DNA of 64,000 bases. Origin: Octopus sinensis. Taxonomy: Eukaryota. Position 1 is the first letter of the stretch, and each line of letters opens with the position of its first letter. The position numbers were made by a program, and so were the translations under genes. This document shows positions 39,254 to 54,476 of this stretch, in pieces. Under the pieces are notes generated by a model, which ran no database searches, was not told the DNA's origin, and was given only the letters and a program-made list of their open reading frames with translations. The stretch is from contig NC_043006.1 of NCBI RefSeq assembly GCF_006345805.1, positions 94,116,001-94,180,000 on the forward strand, read 5' to 3'.

Positions 39254-39389
39254 AGAGGTAAGTCCAATAGAAAGAAGACAGAGGAAGAAAATCGCCAACG
39301 ATTCACATGTGGTTACATTTTGAAATATAATATATATAAATATATGTGTGTCACACACATACACAAATATATATATATATATATACATA

Positions 39390-39478
<89 letters not shown>

Positions 39479-41451
39479 TTATACATATATATTTTGTCAT
39501 CAGCATTCAATAGTTACTGGAATTCGAAGAAGCTTTAGTTGTAGATATAATATTGCACAATGTAGATGCATACACACACGCATTTGTGCTTGTGTATGTA
39601 CTTAATGTATGTACTCATACATGTATCCATACACACATACATACATCTACATAGATACACAACCGTGTGTTCGCGTGCGTGTGTCATGTCTATCATCTTC
39701 CCTTGTAGTAGCAGTCAATTCTTTGATCTGAAGAACTCTTTTACTTCAGATTCTGCTAAGTTACGGTGACGGTGGACGACGGAAGGGAAGCAGCTGCGAA
39801 GGTGATTTCAAAATACTTGCGGCAGTGTTTTAAAAAAATGGTAGTTTTTTAAAAAATTTCTGTTGGTAGTTGATTGTTCGTTCGTTGAGTGTTCTGTATG
39901 CGTATGAACGTATGTGTGTGTGTGTGTGTGTGTGTGTGCACGCGCGCGCGCACGTGTGTGAGTGTTCGAAAGTATATAATGTCCTTTGTATCATCTTCTG
40001 ATGAGTCGCTATAAATGTATATATATGCATATATATGTGCATGTATATATATATACAAACACACACATACACAACCATAGGCAGTCATACATACATACGC
40101 ATATATATAGAGATACCGTCACACACACACACAGATGCACGAACGCACGCTCATATTTATACATATACCCTTCATATATACACATAAAACGACACGAAGA
40201 AGAAGAAGAAGAAGAAGAAGAAGAAGAAGAAGAAGAAGAAGAAGAAGAAGAAGAAGAAGAAGAAGAAGAAGAAGAAGAGAAGAAGAAAAAAGAATCACAA
40301 CAACAATAGCTGAAGTAAGAGCAACAACAGCAGGAACATGAAAGACTAATATGAAAAGAAATAAGAATATTTATTTATTATTTTTTTTTTTTCAAAATAC
40401 ACCAATTTAAAACTGGAAGTTCGCCATTTTTTTTATATAATCAGTTTTATTTTCGAATGCAATGATGTGATGAGAATATATGTGTAGTCTTAGAGGAAAA
40501 TTATTTATGAGTTTAAAATATCTAAGAAAACCTGTGGTACCGTTCGCAGTGAACATGCATGAGACGGAATTAGATTAAAACAATCAAGGCGTATCACATG
40601 TTTTTGCACGTTTTCATTGAGTATGAGGAAAAAGAAGAAGGAGAAGAAACATGCGATTGTATTTATGGAGCGTTATGTATGAACCAGTGTACCGAAAGCA
40701 TACATAAGACATTTTATACTTTATATACTAAGCAAAGAGTCTTTATGTTATTGACATGCCTACCCGTTTTGTTCTTGTATTTAGGTGTACCCAGGTCAGT
40801 TGGCATCCCTTTGAACCTGTATAAATTTCTCTTTCTTAACAGAATTTGCACCTGAAAACATTCACGTACGTGTTAGAGTACCTGTTCTCTATTGAACTGA
40901 ATATAGGAAATATTTTCAGCAGACCTTGGGTGGGATAAAACCCATATCGAAGCTGACCAACAGGATTTGAACTTGTCATCAGTCATCGAAATTAATTACT
41001 GCCCTCGTTACCTTGTGTAGTAATAATGGTTTCAAATTATGGTTGATGGCTAATAATTTTAGGGATTGTGGGGTAGTTGCATGAATGTTTATTTTATGGT
41101 TTAAGTTTGCATATTTTCGACATAATTACAGAAGTTAAACGAAGAATCATATTTTATACATTTGGGAGGAATAGTAAAGTTTGTTATTTAGTTATCATTA
41201 GTTGTGTTCTTGCGACAGGTCACTTCTACAAATATTTCTCCATCGCAGCAGAGCAAGTGATCTTGCAAGTATTTTATTATTTTAATTTTGTTTTTATATT
41301 TATTGGGATGAGATCCATGCTGGAAGCACTAGCGTCTAACGTCTGACCTCTGACGTTTGACCTCCGATCTCTGACTTCTGAAATCAGAACGCCATGTTGG
41401 ATCGTTAGCCCCTACACGCAATTTTTTCTCTCCTTGTTTCTTTTCTGTGAA

Positions 41452-41489
41452 TCTTTCTGTCGAAGAGCGTAGGCTCGAAACGTAAAAGA
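41452..41489 (+). ncRNA. Hammerhead-like motif with U6 core variant (PLE terminal repeat family)
   Basis: UCUUU-CUGUCGA-A-GAGC(GUAG)GCUC-GAAA-CG-UA|-AAAGA. Confidence 0.55.
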
Positions 41490-41584
41490 CTTTTTCTATT
41501 TCTGTTCCTGAGCGCCATACTAATACATTATTTGTTTGTACTCCACCTGCCTTCGTCTTTTGTTTATTTTCGTAAACCTTCCGT

Positions 41585-41616
<32 letters not shown>

Positions 41617-44004
41617 TACATACATACATACATACATACATACATACATGCATACATACATACATGCATGCATGCATGCATACATACATACATATATACA
41701 TACATACATACATACATACACACATGTATAGTGAGATAAATGTTAGAAAATGGGATGGACGACATTCGTAAGTCGAAATCACTACAATTGTTTCGGCGCA
41801 TTTTTACACCCGTAGTGCATTGGTGAGATGTATTAACATTGTCATGCATCCAAGGTATAAAATGCGTCACCTCAAGTGCTTGTATAAAGAAGTTCTTCGT
41901 TAGATCCTATCATCATTTCACTGTGGGCTTTGGATATGCATTCTCACAGTCTATGAGTGTCTTTGTGCTTCTCCCACACTGCTTGAAAACCAGTGTTGGT
42001 TTGTTTGCATTTCTATAATTTAAGCGGTTCGATGTTGGTTTCTTTACATCTTTAACTTAAGCGGTTCGACAAAATAATGAAGAAACGAGGGCTAGACTTT
42101 AAAAAAAACAATAATCGACAGGGGGCGGTTTTTCCGACTGAAACCCTTCAAGGTGCCCCAGTATGGCCGCAGTCCAATGGCTGAAACAAGTAAAAGATAC
42201 GATTTATAACAAATAATGATTAAACTAGACTCGCTTTACGAATCAATGACGAGAACTCACAAAGATTCGAACCAGTGTAAGGAGTTCAACAAACGAGCTA
42301 ACACAGGAGAGTGAACGCTGTTGGAAATACATAACAGATACAACGGTAGTTGGACAGACAGATCGATCGATCGGTAGATAGATAGATAGTCAGAGTTCAT
42401 TATTCGATTGTGTCGACCTCAGCTCTCAACTGGTTATGCATTTTATCAACCCCGAAAGAATGAAAGGTAAAGTGGACCTCGGCGGAATTTGAACTCAGAA
42501 CGTGGAGACGGACGGAATGTTTAGCATTTCAAACGGCATGCTTAACGATTCTACCTGCGTGCCGCCTGAGATAATGATAAAATATTGCATCTATAAAGGT
42601 AGCGAGGAAGAAACGGACATAGATGAACAGTGAATGGGCAGAGTAGAAGCGAGAGAGGGAGATATAAAGTGGAAAGGAGGAGGACGTCTGAAACCAGGAG
42701 GTTGTCAAAGAGGCAGCTGATTATTCGATCTGCGTGGGCTGAGTTATTAAGAGAGATGGGAAGTGCTTAAATAGCCAGCAGACCATTGGGTCGATGGAAG
42801 CCAGCTGAGAGTAGGTTTTATGCAATCAAAACTACAGCTGAAATATTATATTCGAAAAGATGTCGCTGGGAAAAGGAAAACATTCGCATTGATAATTTTT
42901 CTCCTATTTGCTCTGATAAACGTTTTGAAAAATCTAAGCGTTTTAAATCATTTATGCAGGCAAAAAGATAGAAACTCTGAATGGCGGTTAAGAAGATAGA
43001 GGTGGGAAAATAACGCTGCATAGCATTTAGAAATACAAAGTATACAAAACTTGTTGGAATGGTTGCAAGGTTTGGCAAAGCATATTAATCTCCATTTGAT
43101 ATCATAGTTCGAGTTATTAAATTTAAGATTCCAGATAAATGTAGATAAACTCGTGTTTCTGCTTCTAAGCTGATGGCAAAAAGTTTAAAAGATGTTGATT
43201 GTAACGTAATTTGAATAAAATCGAAGTTTAATCAAATGTATGATTTAGAAGCTGTGTACATTTCTGCAGTAACGCAGTAAATAATCTCTTTAGAAGTATA
43301 TTCATGGTCGAATGCACAATTATTCGGGTGGAAGCGTTTGTAAGTCTTAGAACGTTGGGTCGAGGAAGAAGATCTACGTTTTATGCCGTTCGTGTTAGAT
43401 AAAGATGGAGCAAAGTTATTTGTAAAAGAATAAGAAACTTTTATATAATTCTGTGAAAAATTTTGTAGTTCATACGCACAAAAGCCTATTTATTTTGCAA
43501 TATTCTTCCTTCTGATAGTTCTGAGACAAGAATTAATGCAAGCATTCAAGTTATATCTGACTAGATAAAGCATTTGTAGATTCTGTTAACTTACCCGGTG
43601 TGTGTGTGTGTGCGTGTGTGTGTGTATACATATATATGAAATATGCATATAGATACATGGACACACACACACACATACATAAATATGTATATATTTGTGA
43701 AATCTCTCATAGGTTTTTGATAATCACTCCATGTACACGTGAATTTGTTTATAATATCGATACATTTTGTATGACTGAAAAATGAAAAGAAAAAAAAACT
43801 AATATTTAACGATGGTTGTGAACTTTTTCAAGTAAGTGGGACAATCCGCGCAATGGCAACATTTGAAAAACTTTCTAAAAAATCTCTTCTTCAATTCATT
43901 GATTTTTGCCTTGCTTTCTAATTGTTGAATACATGAAATATACAGAATGCTATGCATATTTAAAAATTTACAACATTTGTACTGAAGCAGTTTGGTATTA
44001 TTTA

Positions 44005-44230
44005 ATTCTTTATTGCCCACAAGGAGCCAGATATAGAGGGGACAAACAATGACAGGTAAAGGGACTAAGTTGATTACATCGATCCCAGTGCGTAACTGGT
44101 ACTTATTTAATCGACCCCAAAAGGATGAAAGGCAAAGTCTACCTCAGCGGAATTTAAACTCAGAACGTAACGGCAGACGAAATACGGCTACGCATTTCGC
44201 CTGGCGTGCTAACCTTTCTGCCAGCTCGCC
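44005..44230 (-). mobile_element. tRNA-derived SINE, family B
   Basis: Close match to 12203-12430. Confidence 0.8.
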
Positions 44231-44318
44231 TTACACACACACACACACATACACACACACGTGTGATATATATTTATGTATGTATGTATGTATAAGTATA
44301 CACACACACATATATATA

Positions 44319-44380
<62 letters not shown>

Positions 44381-44450
44381 CGGGAAGCTTTATGAAAATA
44401 AACAAAAGACGAAGTATTAGTATGGCGCTCAGGAATAGAAATAAAACAAG

Positions 44451-44488
44451 TCTTTTACGTTTCGAGCCTACGCTCTTCAACAGAAAGA
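44451..44488 (-). ncRNA. Hammerhead-like motif with U6 core variant
   Basis: Reverse complement UCUUU-CUGUUGA-A-GAGC(GUAG)GCUC-GAAA-CG-UA-AAAGA. Confidence 0.55.
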
Positions 44489-44535
44489 TACACAGAAAAG
44501 AAACACGGAAAGAAACAAGGAAAGAAACAAGGAGA

Positions 44536-44601
<66 letters not shown>

Positions 44602-47248
44602 CGATGTGCCTGTGTATGTGCGTAATTATAGAAACATACACCCACATACATACGCATATGCGAAACAGATATACATAGTTACACATTTTTTTCTTTTCTC
44701 TCGCAAGTTTGTTGTTGGGGCGTATTCTCATTAGTGAAGAAACCGGTTAAAAATTGTAATTAGGTGATACTAATTATACGACAACATAGGCGAAATAAGG
44801 TGTGCATGAATGTGCGAGTGTGTATGTGACATTTTGATATTTTTAATCTATTTTTCAATCCATAAACTTATTTTCACCTTCGTAAAAAATAATTACGAAG
44901 TTGATTTATTAGTAATTTTCAATAACTGGGATCGTGTTTTATAGAAAAAGACTTCGATAAAAATGTTGCGCAGAGCGTGTGACTGAACTCTATAATGAGG
45001 TGTTTAGTAGATGTGTGAATAGTCATCTGTTGGGGGGTAGCGGTGAGAGATAGAAATGAGAGAAAGTAGAAGAATAGGAGAAGGAGGAGATTAAACAGAA
45101 AGGTGTGGGTGTGAGAGAGAGAAATAGTGAGAAAATTTGATTTTATGAGGGAGCGGTGGTTTTGTAGACTTGATGTAGGTGTGATGGTAAAAATGGAAGA
45201 TTGAGCAAGAGAGACAGAGAGACAGAGAGAGAGAGATTATAGATAATGAAAGAGAGAGAGAGGGAAAGTGAAATAAGTAGAGAGAGTGATAGATGTTTGG
45301 GGAGAAAAAGAGAAAGCATGAGAGTGCGACAGAGAGGAGGAGAGAGAGGGGAAGAAAGAGAGGAAGTGAGAGAGGCGGGGAAAAGAAAAAGTAGAAAAGT
45401 AAGAGTAAATGGAAAGGGAAAAGAGAGAGAAGGAGATTGTGTGTATGGTAGCGGAGGTGGTGGGGTGTTATCTTCTTTCTGAAGATGGCAGAATCGGTAG
45501 AGCGACGATGAGTTACATACCTGGTAGTATATAACGCTGTTCGTTTACGATCTGTGTTCAATTCCTGTTGTCTGGGTCAATAGAGTAGGAAACAGGTAGT
45601 GGGTGGAAAAGGGGTGTGTGACTTAACCGTTTTCGCCGTCTACGAAAATGGTGTCTGGGTCAGTTGAGGAAAAGGCGGTGGGGTGGGGTGGGGTGGAACA
45701 AGATGAGAAATGGTAAATGGACGTTGGTCAGTGGATTCGATTATGATTGGGTCGTCGCTTCCATCATGTGAAATATCCCGTTCATACCGCAGACACGTGA
45801 GGTCGATAGAGATGGGATAAAACTGGATATTAGATCCATGAATTACAGGTGCAATTCAAGTGGAAGGCTTCTGCATAGTTTCCGTTTATCTAATTTCATT
45901 GAAAAGGTTATTAGTCAACTCAGGGTTATCGTAAAGACATTTGCTCAAGGTAACACGGTAGGGCGATCGAACCCGGAACATGGTTTGAAACCCATTTCTT
46001 AATTTTTCCGCCATACTCTACTGGGATAATCTCTTGTTCACTAGAGTTAATCTAATGAGTTCCTAAGCCAATGTTTGATCTTTCTTGTAGTCAATATATG
46101 GACAAAGTCTAAGGCTGAATCGTTAGCACGCCTGGCAAAATGCTTAACAGCATTCCGTCTGTCTTCACATTTCTGAGTTCTAAAATTCGTCTGTCTTCAC
46201 TAACTATTCTCCCAACCCACCACCCGTTGCATATTGTATATATAATAAGAATTAGCACACTATTCAGGACAGTGGCCTGGCAAACTTATTAGAGCGTCGG
46301 GTAAAATACCCGGCCCTTTAAGTTCTGAGTTCAGATCACACTAGAGTCGGTTTAACCTTTCATCCCTCCGACGTGAATGAAACAGAGTATCGCAGAGGGA
46401 TCAGTGTGCCAATAGAGCCAACGATTTTAAAACGCGATCTATTGAACAATTTTGCTGTGGATGACAATGTAAAGAGGGCGAGGTGTTCGTATTAACTAAA
46501 AGTTTTCAGTGAAAATCATTTTATTTAATTTTAGCCTGAAAACTAAGGTGTCTCTGAGGAACTCTGCTGTCAGGCAATCGGCCGGGATGACACACAAACC
46601 AAATACTTGTGTACCAACTACGACGTCAGCCACTCTCTACACTAGCATTTACGAAACAAACATATGTAAAGGAGCTGGAGACTTTCTTTAATTGACAGCT
46701 TCCGTCATATCATTTGAACCTTTTAACCTCTGAATACTTTCATATATTTATACCAAAGTTATTAACACCATCTTGTTCGTTATTAAACCTGACTCCATTG
46801 AAGAAATGGCGATAAATATATTTACACAGCAACCACTATGAATTTTGTATATCATCTGATGATGTTGTTTTGGGTTACAGATATTGCTTAGTTATACTGT
46901 TTATGTAGTCGAGGCAGTTCCTGTTCTTGAAATATAAAAACAAACTACAAAACACAGCCGTCACTCGCAAGCGAATGCGTGACTGGTGGTTTCTTTGTAC
47001 CGTTTGAGTGCAGCAGATATAGACGTATCGTTCATGACTTCTCAGAGGAAGATTACGGATGTGAAGGAGGAGGGGCTCCGCTAGCACTCGATTGTTATCC
47101 GTTTTCGGCTGAGTAGACTGGAGCAACAACGAAGTGCTCAGATCAAGGACACAACGAGCTGCTCAATCCACGAATCGAACCCATGTCATTATGACCGTGA
47201 ATTCAACACCCTAACCACTAAACCAAATACTACACACACACACACACT

Positions 47249-47677
47249 AGGTATTAATGACAGAAGCAACTTTTATAACGAATATTATTTAGCATATCCA
47301 TTTTAAATTGGATGTGTTGTTCATAACACCGTAGACTGTGCTAAACGCCCCGACAAATTTTGTGTAGACGACAAATGCTAAAAGTATCGAAATTCGGTTG
47401 GCACAATTTAGCCAGTGCTGGCACATGGCACTACTGCACTATCTGATTTCACTGGATTGCAGAACGGCAACAGCAGAAAATCAAGCACCAAATGCCAAAC
47501 TGATGTAGAATGATTCTAGCCAATCAGCCAGTAATGTTGCAGAAAGCAGGCCGGCTGTGTTTAAAAGATTATTCGGGACGTTTACCGCAGTCTACAGCGT
47601 TATAAACAACACATCTAGGTGAGTTTGGATGTACTAATTAATATTCGTTACAAAGGCTGTTTCTGTTGCTAATAGCT
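47249..47677. mobile_element. Old MITE-like element with diverged TIRs of about 105 bp
   Basis: 47249-47354 is an imperfect reverse complement of 47573-47677. Confidence 0.6.
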
Positions 47678-48340
47678 AATTTATACACAGCCCGCAAGTT
47701 GTGCTAATTAATACATACACACATACACCCCCCCACACACACACATACCCCCCCACACACACACACACACATACCCCCCCACAAACACACACATCTATAG
47801 TATTTGGCTTATAAACAGGAAATTGCCTTACAGGCAATCCAGCCATGATCACCCCATATTCAAGTACAGTTTATGCAGAGCTACATTTTACAATATGTCA
47901 TGCTTTAAAATATCAAGGTATAATTTGAGTTAAATTTGGCGGTTACTTCTAGCGGGCACCAATATTGGATCCAAAGTAAGTCCGCTTGGTGGAGTGAATG
48001 CTTTACGCTATATTACGATCGAGGGGAAGAACTGGACTTACTACCCTGGGCTAGCAAGCACTCTGTTCACTGTGGATTAAATACTGTTATTCTTAAAGTG
48101 TCCTGCCCATTTACAGCCAGGCGGACTGAGTTTCAAACCCCAAACAGTGTCAGAAAATACGAACTACCCATCCCTCAGATAATGCCTCACAATTTCGTTG
48201 TCTCAGCAATTTCTTTAATCGTTTCCTCCCTCTATCACTCTCTTCCTCCAACGCTCATATATGTGTGTGTGTGTGTGTGTGTCTGTGTCTGTGTGTTTGT
48301 TTGTGTGTGCGTGCGCGCGTGAGTGTGTGTGTCTGTGCGT

Positions 48341-48407
<67 letters not shown>

Positions 48408-49722
48408 GCACACACACATATATACATATATATATGCAGATATAATATTTGTATTTATATATATACATACATATATGAATATATACATATATATACACAC
48501 ATACATATATATACATGTATATGTATATATATGTATGTGTGCGTATGTACACATATATACACGCACATGAATATACATTTACATATATCTATTGTATAAG
48601 GCATAAATACACACTCACATACACAGCATATATACATATATACATACATACGCATATATTTATTTTGCATAGAATTGGTTCCATATGTTACTTTAAGAAG
48701 TATTAGAATTATATACTAACATATTAACACACCCCATATATACATACTCACAAGAACACATAAACGCACATCCACGTATATACACACATATACGGAAACA
48801 TACATCTACATTCCATTACATACGCACTTGTATAAACATACGCATACATAAACAGTACACATTCATACATACACTTGAATATGTATATATAAGTATACAC
48901 ACTCCTAGAGTCTATCTCACGTCTCCATTACTTGCTTATAACAGCTTGGAGTGCCATAAATAGAGTTAATTGCTCGACTTTTTGAACGTGATCTGTCGTG
49001 TTTGACTTTCGTGTGATGCGGAGTCAGGGTTTCTTCCCAACCGCAGGGAGAGGAGAAGAGCTTATTAAATGAAGAGATGGCTGGAAACTGAAACTGGTTT
49101 GCATTATCAGTTGAGTCATCGGAATCACACCGTCCGTCCCACGGTGGCCAGCGTGTCCGTTCACTCAGTGGCCTAGATAGATGTGAGCGGGGTTGAGTGG
49201 GGGTTTGGATAGAAGACCCGAGAGGGGGAGTCGACCCGAGCGGGAGTTTCGTGGGGTGAGGGGACGCTCCAATCTAGGCGGAGCTTCTTTGGGGCCGGCA
49301 CTAATGGTTCGGCTGTATAAGCCTCTACAGAGGCGGAGGGTTAGATGCAGTAAACCTAAGGGTTGCCCCCGGATGGCACACATTTCAAGCTAGGTCAATG
49401 CATTTACTGTTTTTTGTGTTTAAATGTCTTTTTAGTCGCCCACGCTATCTGTGAATGTGGAGGAGTGAGAAGGGAGATAAACCCGATAATAATAATGTTT
49501 CTGGGTAGTAATAAAAAAAGTAACATGCAGACAAATATGAAACCAAGACGGACGAAATGCCGCTGAGCACTTTGTCCGGCCATTCTCCCAGTTCACCACT
49601 TTAGTTGCAATACTAATATTAGAAGCAAAGAAAACAATTAAGAATTTCCCAAACGTCATCTGAGACAAATAACAAGAACACAAGAGGACAAGGGCATTTC
49701 GATGATCTACTATCATAATAAT

Positions 49723-49801
<79 letters not shown>

Positions 49802-49831
49802 ATAATAATAATGATAATGATAATAATAATA

Positions 49832-49897
<66 letters not shown>

Positions 49898-49906
49898 TAA
49901 TAATAA

Positions 49907-50403
49907 CAACGATCGACTCTCTTGTTTTGTCTTGATATAAAAGATGGGCTACAGCAAATATTCTGCTCAATACCACAGATTTGCTTGTCAGTTGTTTGAC
50001 CGTAACCAGTTGAGCATGTCCCTTAGTGGCTGATGATATGTGCATCTCTGATCACGAGCAGAAGTAGTGGGGGAGTATCATAGCCATGTGTTGAGAGGGA
50101 TTCTTTGGGGCTTGAATAATTCACCTCAGGAAACATGGGTGTTTCGTTCAACATCCTTAAACAACCCTTACTCAGGGACCTTTTGAGCAGGATAGGTTAC
50201 TCGACCAGAAGAAAATTCTAACTGGGCCCCATCTATAAGGTCATGTGCTGTTTATCTTGATATGAGATCATCATGTCGCGCACATATGGTTGTGATGCAT
50301 GTGCCTGGTTTACCCTTATCAGACGGGTAGTCATGATGAGTATACTGGGCTTCGTATATTTTACCCCAGTGTCACTTTGATGGCATGCACTGCTCTCTCA
50401 CTC

Positions 50404-50491
<88 letters not shown>

Positions 50492-50996
50492 TAATAATAA
50501 CAACGATCGACTCTCTTGTTTTGTCTTGATATAAAAGATGGGCTACAGCAAATATTCTGCTCAATACCACAGATTTGCTTGTCAGTTGTTTGACCGTAAC
50601 CAGTTGAGCATGTCCTTAGTGGCTGATGATATGTGCATCTCTGATCACGAGCAGAAGTAGTGGGGGAGTATCATAGCCATGTGTTGAGAGGGATTCTTTG
50701 GGGCTTGAATAATTCACCTCAGGAAACATGGGTGTTTCGTTCAACATCCTTAAACAACCCTTACTCAGGGACCTTTTGAGCAGGATAGGTTACTCGACCA
50801 GAAGAAAATTCTAACTGGGCCCCATCTATAAGGTCATGTGCTGTTTATCTTGATATGAGATCATCATGTCGCGCACATATGGTTGTGATGCATGTGCCTG
50901 GTTTACCCTTATCAGACGGGTAGTCATGATGAGTATACTGGGCTTCGTATATTTTACCCCAGTGTCACTTTGATGGCATGCACTGCTCTCTCACTC
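49907..50996. repeat. Direct tandem duplication of a ~497-bp unit separated by (AAT)n
   Basis: 49907-50403 vs 50501-50996; the only difference seen is a 1-bp indel. Confidence 0.9.
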
Positions 50997-51017
50997 AATA
51001 ATAATAATAATAATAAT

Positions 51018-51058
<41 letters not shown>

Positions 51059-51064
51059 GTAATA

Positions 51065-51672
51065 TTACCAGCCAATGTACGCCACTAGCCCAGAAGGAAT
51101 ATAAGAGACGCCACGACAATATAACCAGGCTTGTCCGTTGTTCACTTTGCAACAAGTATGGACTTGACAGAGCAAAAAATTGGTAAGACCACAAACCTGA
51201 AGGCATCGTCGAAAATAGAAATGTAAAGATCGTATGGGATTTTATGATTCAGTACGACCATGAGATGGAGAATAGGAAGCCGGGTATAGTCTTAATTGAG
51301 AAAGAAAACAAACTATACTGGATCATAGATATAGCATGCTCAGCTGACAACAATGTATACTATAAGGAAGAAAGAAAAGTCGAGAGATATGACAGGTTAG
51401 CCTGGGAAGTTAAGCAGCTGTGTTCGATGAAAAAGGTAGCAGTAGTAGCAATAATAGTCGGAGCCCTGGGAACAGTGAGCAAAAACCTCGAGAAGTACGT
51501 GGAACAAATAGGGGCTGCAATAAGGTGGAGTACTTGCAGAAAATAGCACTGCTTGGAACCGCTCGAGTACTCCGAAAGGTGATCGAAAAATAAGAGGTGT
51601 TACCTTAGTTCAAAGGTAGTGAACAGCTGACACCGTAGTACATCGCCAGCGTTAGAAGCTGTGCAAAGGCAA
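51065..51672 (+). mobile_element. R4/Dong-clade LINE 3' fragment (restriction-like endonuclease domain)
   Basis: YKRRHDN...KIVWDFMIQYDHEMENRKPGIVLIEK...IIDIAC...KVERYDRL...IIVGALG, with a stop and a frameshift. Flanked by (AAT)n, the known Dong target. Confidence 0.85.
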
Positions 51673-51756
<84 letters not shown>

Positions 51757-51929
51757 CTGCAGCAACAGCAGCGGCAGCAGTAGCAACAATAATAACAAAG
51801 TCATCGACCTCAACAACAACATCAATCGCAAAAAAGAGCAACAACAGCAGCTGCAACAAGAATTTCTAATTTATTAAATCATAATTGTTCTAAATAATGA
51901 AAATTCTACCATTGCTGCTGCTGCTGCTG

Positions 51930-51950
51930 CTGATGTTGATGATGATGATA

Positions 51951-52040
<90 letters not shown>

Positions 52041-52044
52041 GTGG

Positions 52045-52084
<40 letters not shown>

Positions 52085-52103
52085 AATGATGATGTTGATG
52101 ATA

Positions 52104-52134
<31 letters not shown>

Positions 52135-52185
52135 CGATGATGATGATGATGATGATGATGGTGATAATGATAAATGATGATGATG
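51930..52185. repeat. (GAT)n microsatellite; other trinucleotide arrays (ACC)n 27-115, (GAA)n 40196-40287 and 59845-59977, (AAC/AAT)n 49715-49900, (ATT)n 53261-53380
   Basis: Direct inspection. Confidence 0.95.
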
Positions 52186-53260
52186 AGGAGGAGGTTGGTA
52201 GTGGAAATAATGGTGCAAATGATTTGTAATTTCTACATCATGGAAAAAGATTTTCAATCGTTAATGAGGTTAGTTTGGTGTAGAAATCTGTAGAATATTG
52301 TAAGAAGGTGCAAAAGAGCAAAGAATGCATTTGTGAAATGTTTGAAATAATTGAGCTGACAAAAGCAAACAGCATCAACATCAATATCAACATCAACAAC
52401 AACAGCAAAAATATTTTAGAATTGTCACTTCATCTTTATTAGTTGATTTCTCAGTCTTTCAGCATCCGTGTGTTAATGCGTGCATGCGCATGTGTGTACT
52501 TGTGTGCAGGGATGAGAGAGACGAAGAAAGAAAGAGAGAAAGAGAGAGAGAGGGGGGGAGTTGCTTGTGTGTTATTTGTGCACACCTGCATGCGTGTTAT
52601 AGGTGTGTTTTTCAATGTACATTTAAAGGACGTGCTCCAGGGTTGATATCAAAAGAAATTACAAACAGAGTTGGTATTACACTTACTATTATTAAGATTC
52701 TTAAACAACATGTTTAGCGTAACATGATTTACATAACGCGTAACATTTAAACATGTTAATAAAAGAAAAAGTCAACGACGAATGTGGAAATTAAACAAAC
52801 AGATGGAGCTAACAGTTTTACAATGGCAAACATGAAAGAGAATAGGGTTGCAAGCATTAATTTCAATGAGAGAAAAAAAAAATAGCTATAACTGTAAGAA
52901 ACAGTGCGTATAGCAATGACACCACCACTGCAACCACCACCACCACCACCACCACCACCACCACTACTATCACAACCAACACTATAATCACGACTACCAC
53001 TATCATCACTATAACTACCATTACCACCATTAGAACTACTTTCAACTATGACAACGACACTAAATATCTCATCTTCTGCTAGTGTTGTGGGTCAAAAGAA
53101 GCCTTTAAAACGAGTTTACTGAAGGAAGAGAGCTGAAATGCGTCGGGAATGTATCCTTCGTCAGAGGTTACCATATTCGCTCGAAAGAAAATTTATTGAA
53201 GATGTAATCTACTAGTCTCCTCCCAACAAAAGTATAGGCCTTGTGCCTTTAATAGAAAGG

Positions 53261-53316
<56 letters not shown>

Positions 53317-53327
53317 CACTATTATTA

Positions 53328-53376
<49 letters not shown>

Positions 53377-53514
53377 CATCATTACAGTAGATGGGGGAAT
53401 TCTATCTATATACAGTTCTTTATCTTTCAAATCTTCTCTATCTATATTACTCCCTGATGGGAATTCTCTTTTAGCTGGCATTTAAGGAGAGTAAAGTTAG
53501 CTTTAATGACAGTA

Positions 53515-53548
<34 letters not shown>

Positions 53549-53614
53549 CTCAATAACTGAAGGAAAAGTAAAAAGTAAAAATGTGAATAAAAAACATGTT
53601 CGGTTATTTTTAAA

Positions 53615-53656
<42 letters not shown>

Positions 53657-53758
53657 ACTCACTCCTTTTCTTTTTAAAGTTTTACAGGATCAGTTTTCAG
53701 CATCTGCGGAACCTCATCGGGGACTGTTTCGTGTGAACCTTGTTACGTGCGAAATTCA

Positions 53759-53800
<42 letters not shown>

Positions 53801-54335
53801 GGGGGCTACATTTTTTTATGGATATAAAGGATGTTCCTCTCCTCTAACGAATTCACACGAGGAACATTCTACTGATGATTAATAGCTCTAGATATAAATT
53901 TGTCTTATACACGATCGCAGCGCCGCCATAACTAGATAATTAGATCTACTTCCACTATATAATTATGACAATGTGTGCGTGCGTGTGTGTGTACCCGCAC
54001 CCACACACTCATAGACACATATGCTCATAGAAAGAGGCTCTTCCAATCTAATTTCTGAACTAGACGCATATATTTCTGAGTATATCTCTAAATGTATATC
54101 TTCAGTTATAGGAACAAGAGTGCTGGATACGTACGGGTAGAGTTAGGATAATGTATTCTCACATACATTTAAGAATATGCACGTAATGATAACAGTAGCT
54201 TTAAATTTTGGCACAAGGCCAACAATATCAGGGATGTGAGAGGACTAATCGATCTCATCGACCCCAGTGTTTAACTGGTACTCATGTTACATTATTTGCA
54301 TTTGATGGATATTTGTCCTCATCTTGTTTGTTGTT

Positions 54336-54381
54336 AACACAACGTTTCGGCTAATATACCCTCCAGCCTTCATCAGGTGTC
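54336..54381 (-). ncRNA. Minimal type I hammerhead ribozyme (inverted copy)
   Basis: Reverse complement GACAC-CUGAUGA-A-GGCUG...UAGCC-GAAA-CG-UU-GUGUU. The stem II change keeps a G-U pair. Confidence 0.75.
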
Positions 54382-54411
54382 TTGGGGAAATTTCAAACCT
54401 GGGTGTTATTA

Positions 54412-54476
<65 letters not shown>

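Noticed and set aside
42740-43470. Possible ancient retroelement remnants (also 15600-16300, 20580-21150, 24960-26000, 34190-34850)
   Set aside because: Composition is suggestive, but I could not recover diagnostic motifs by eye; needs a translated repeat search.
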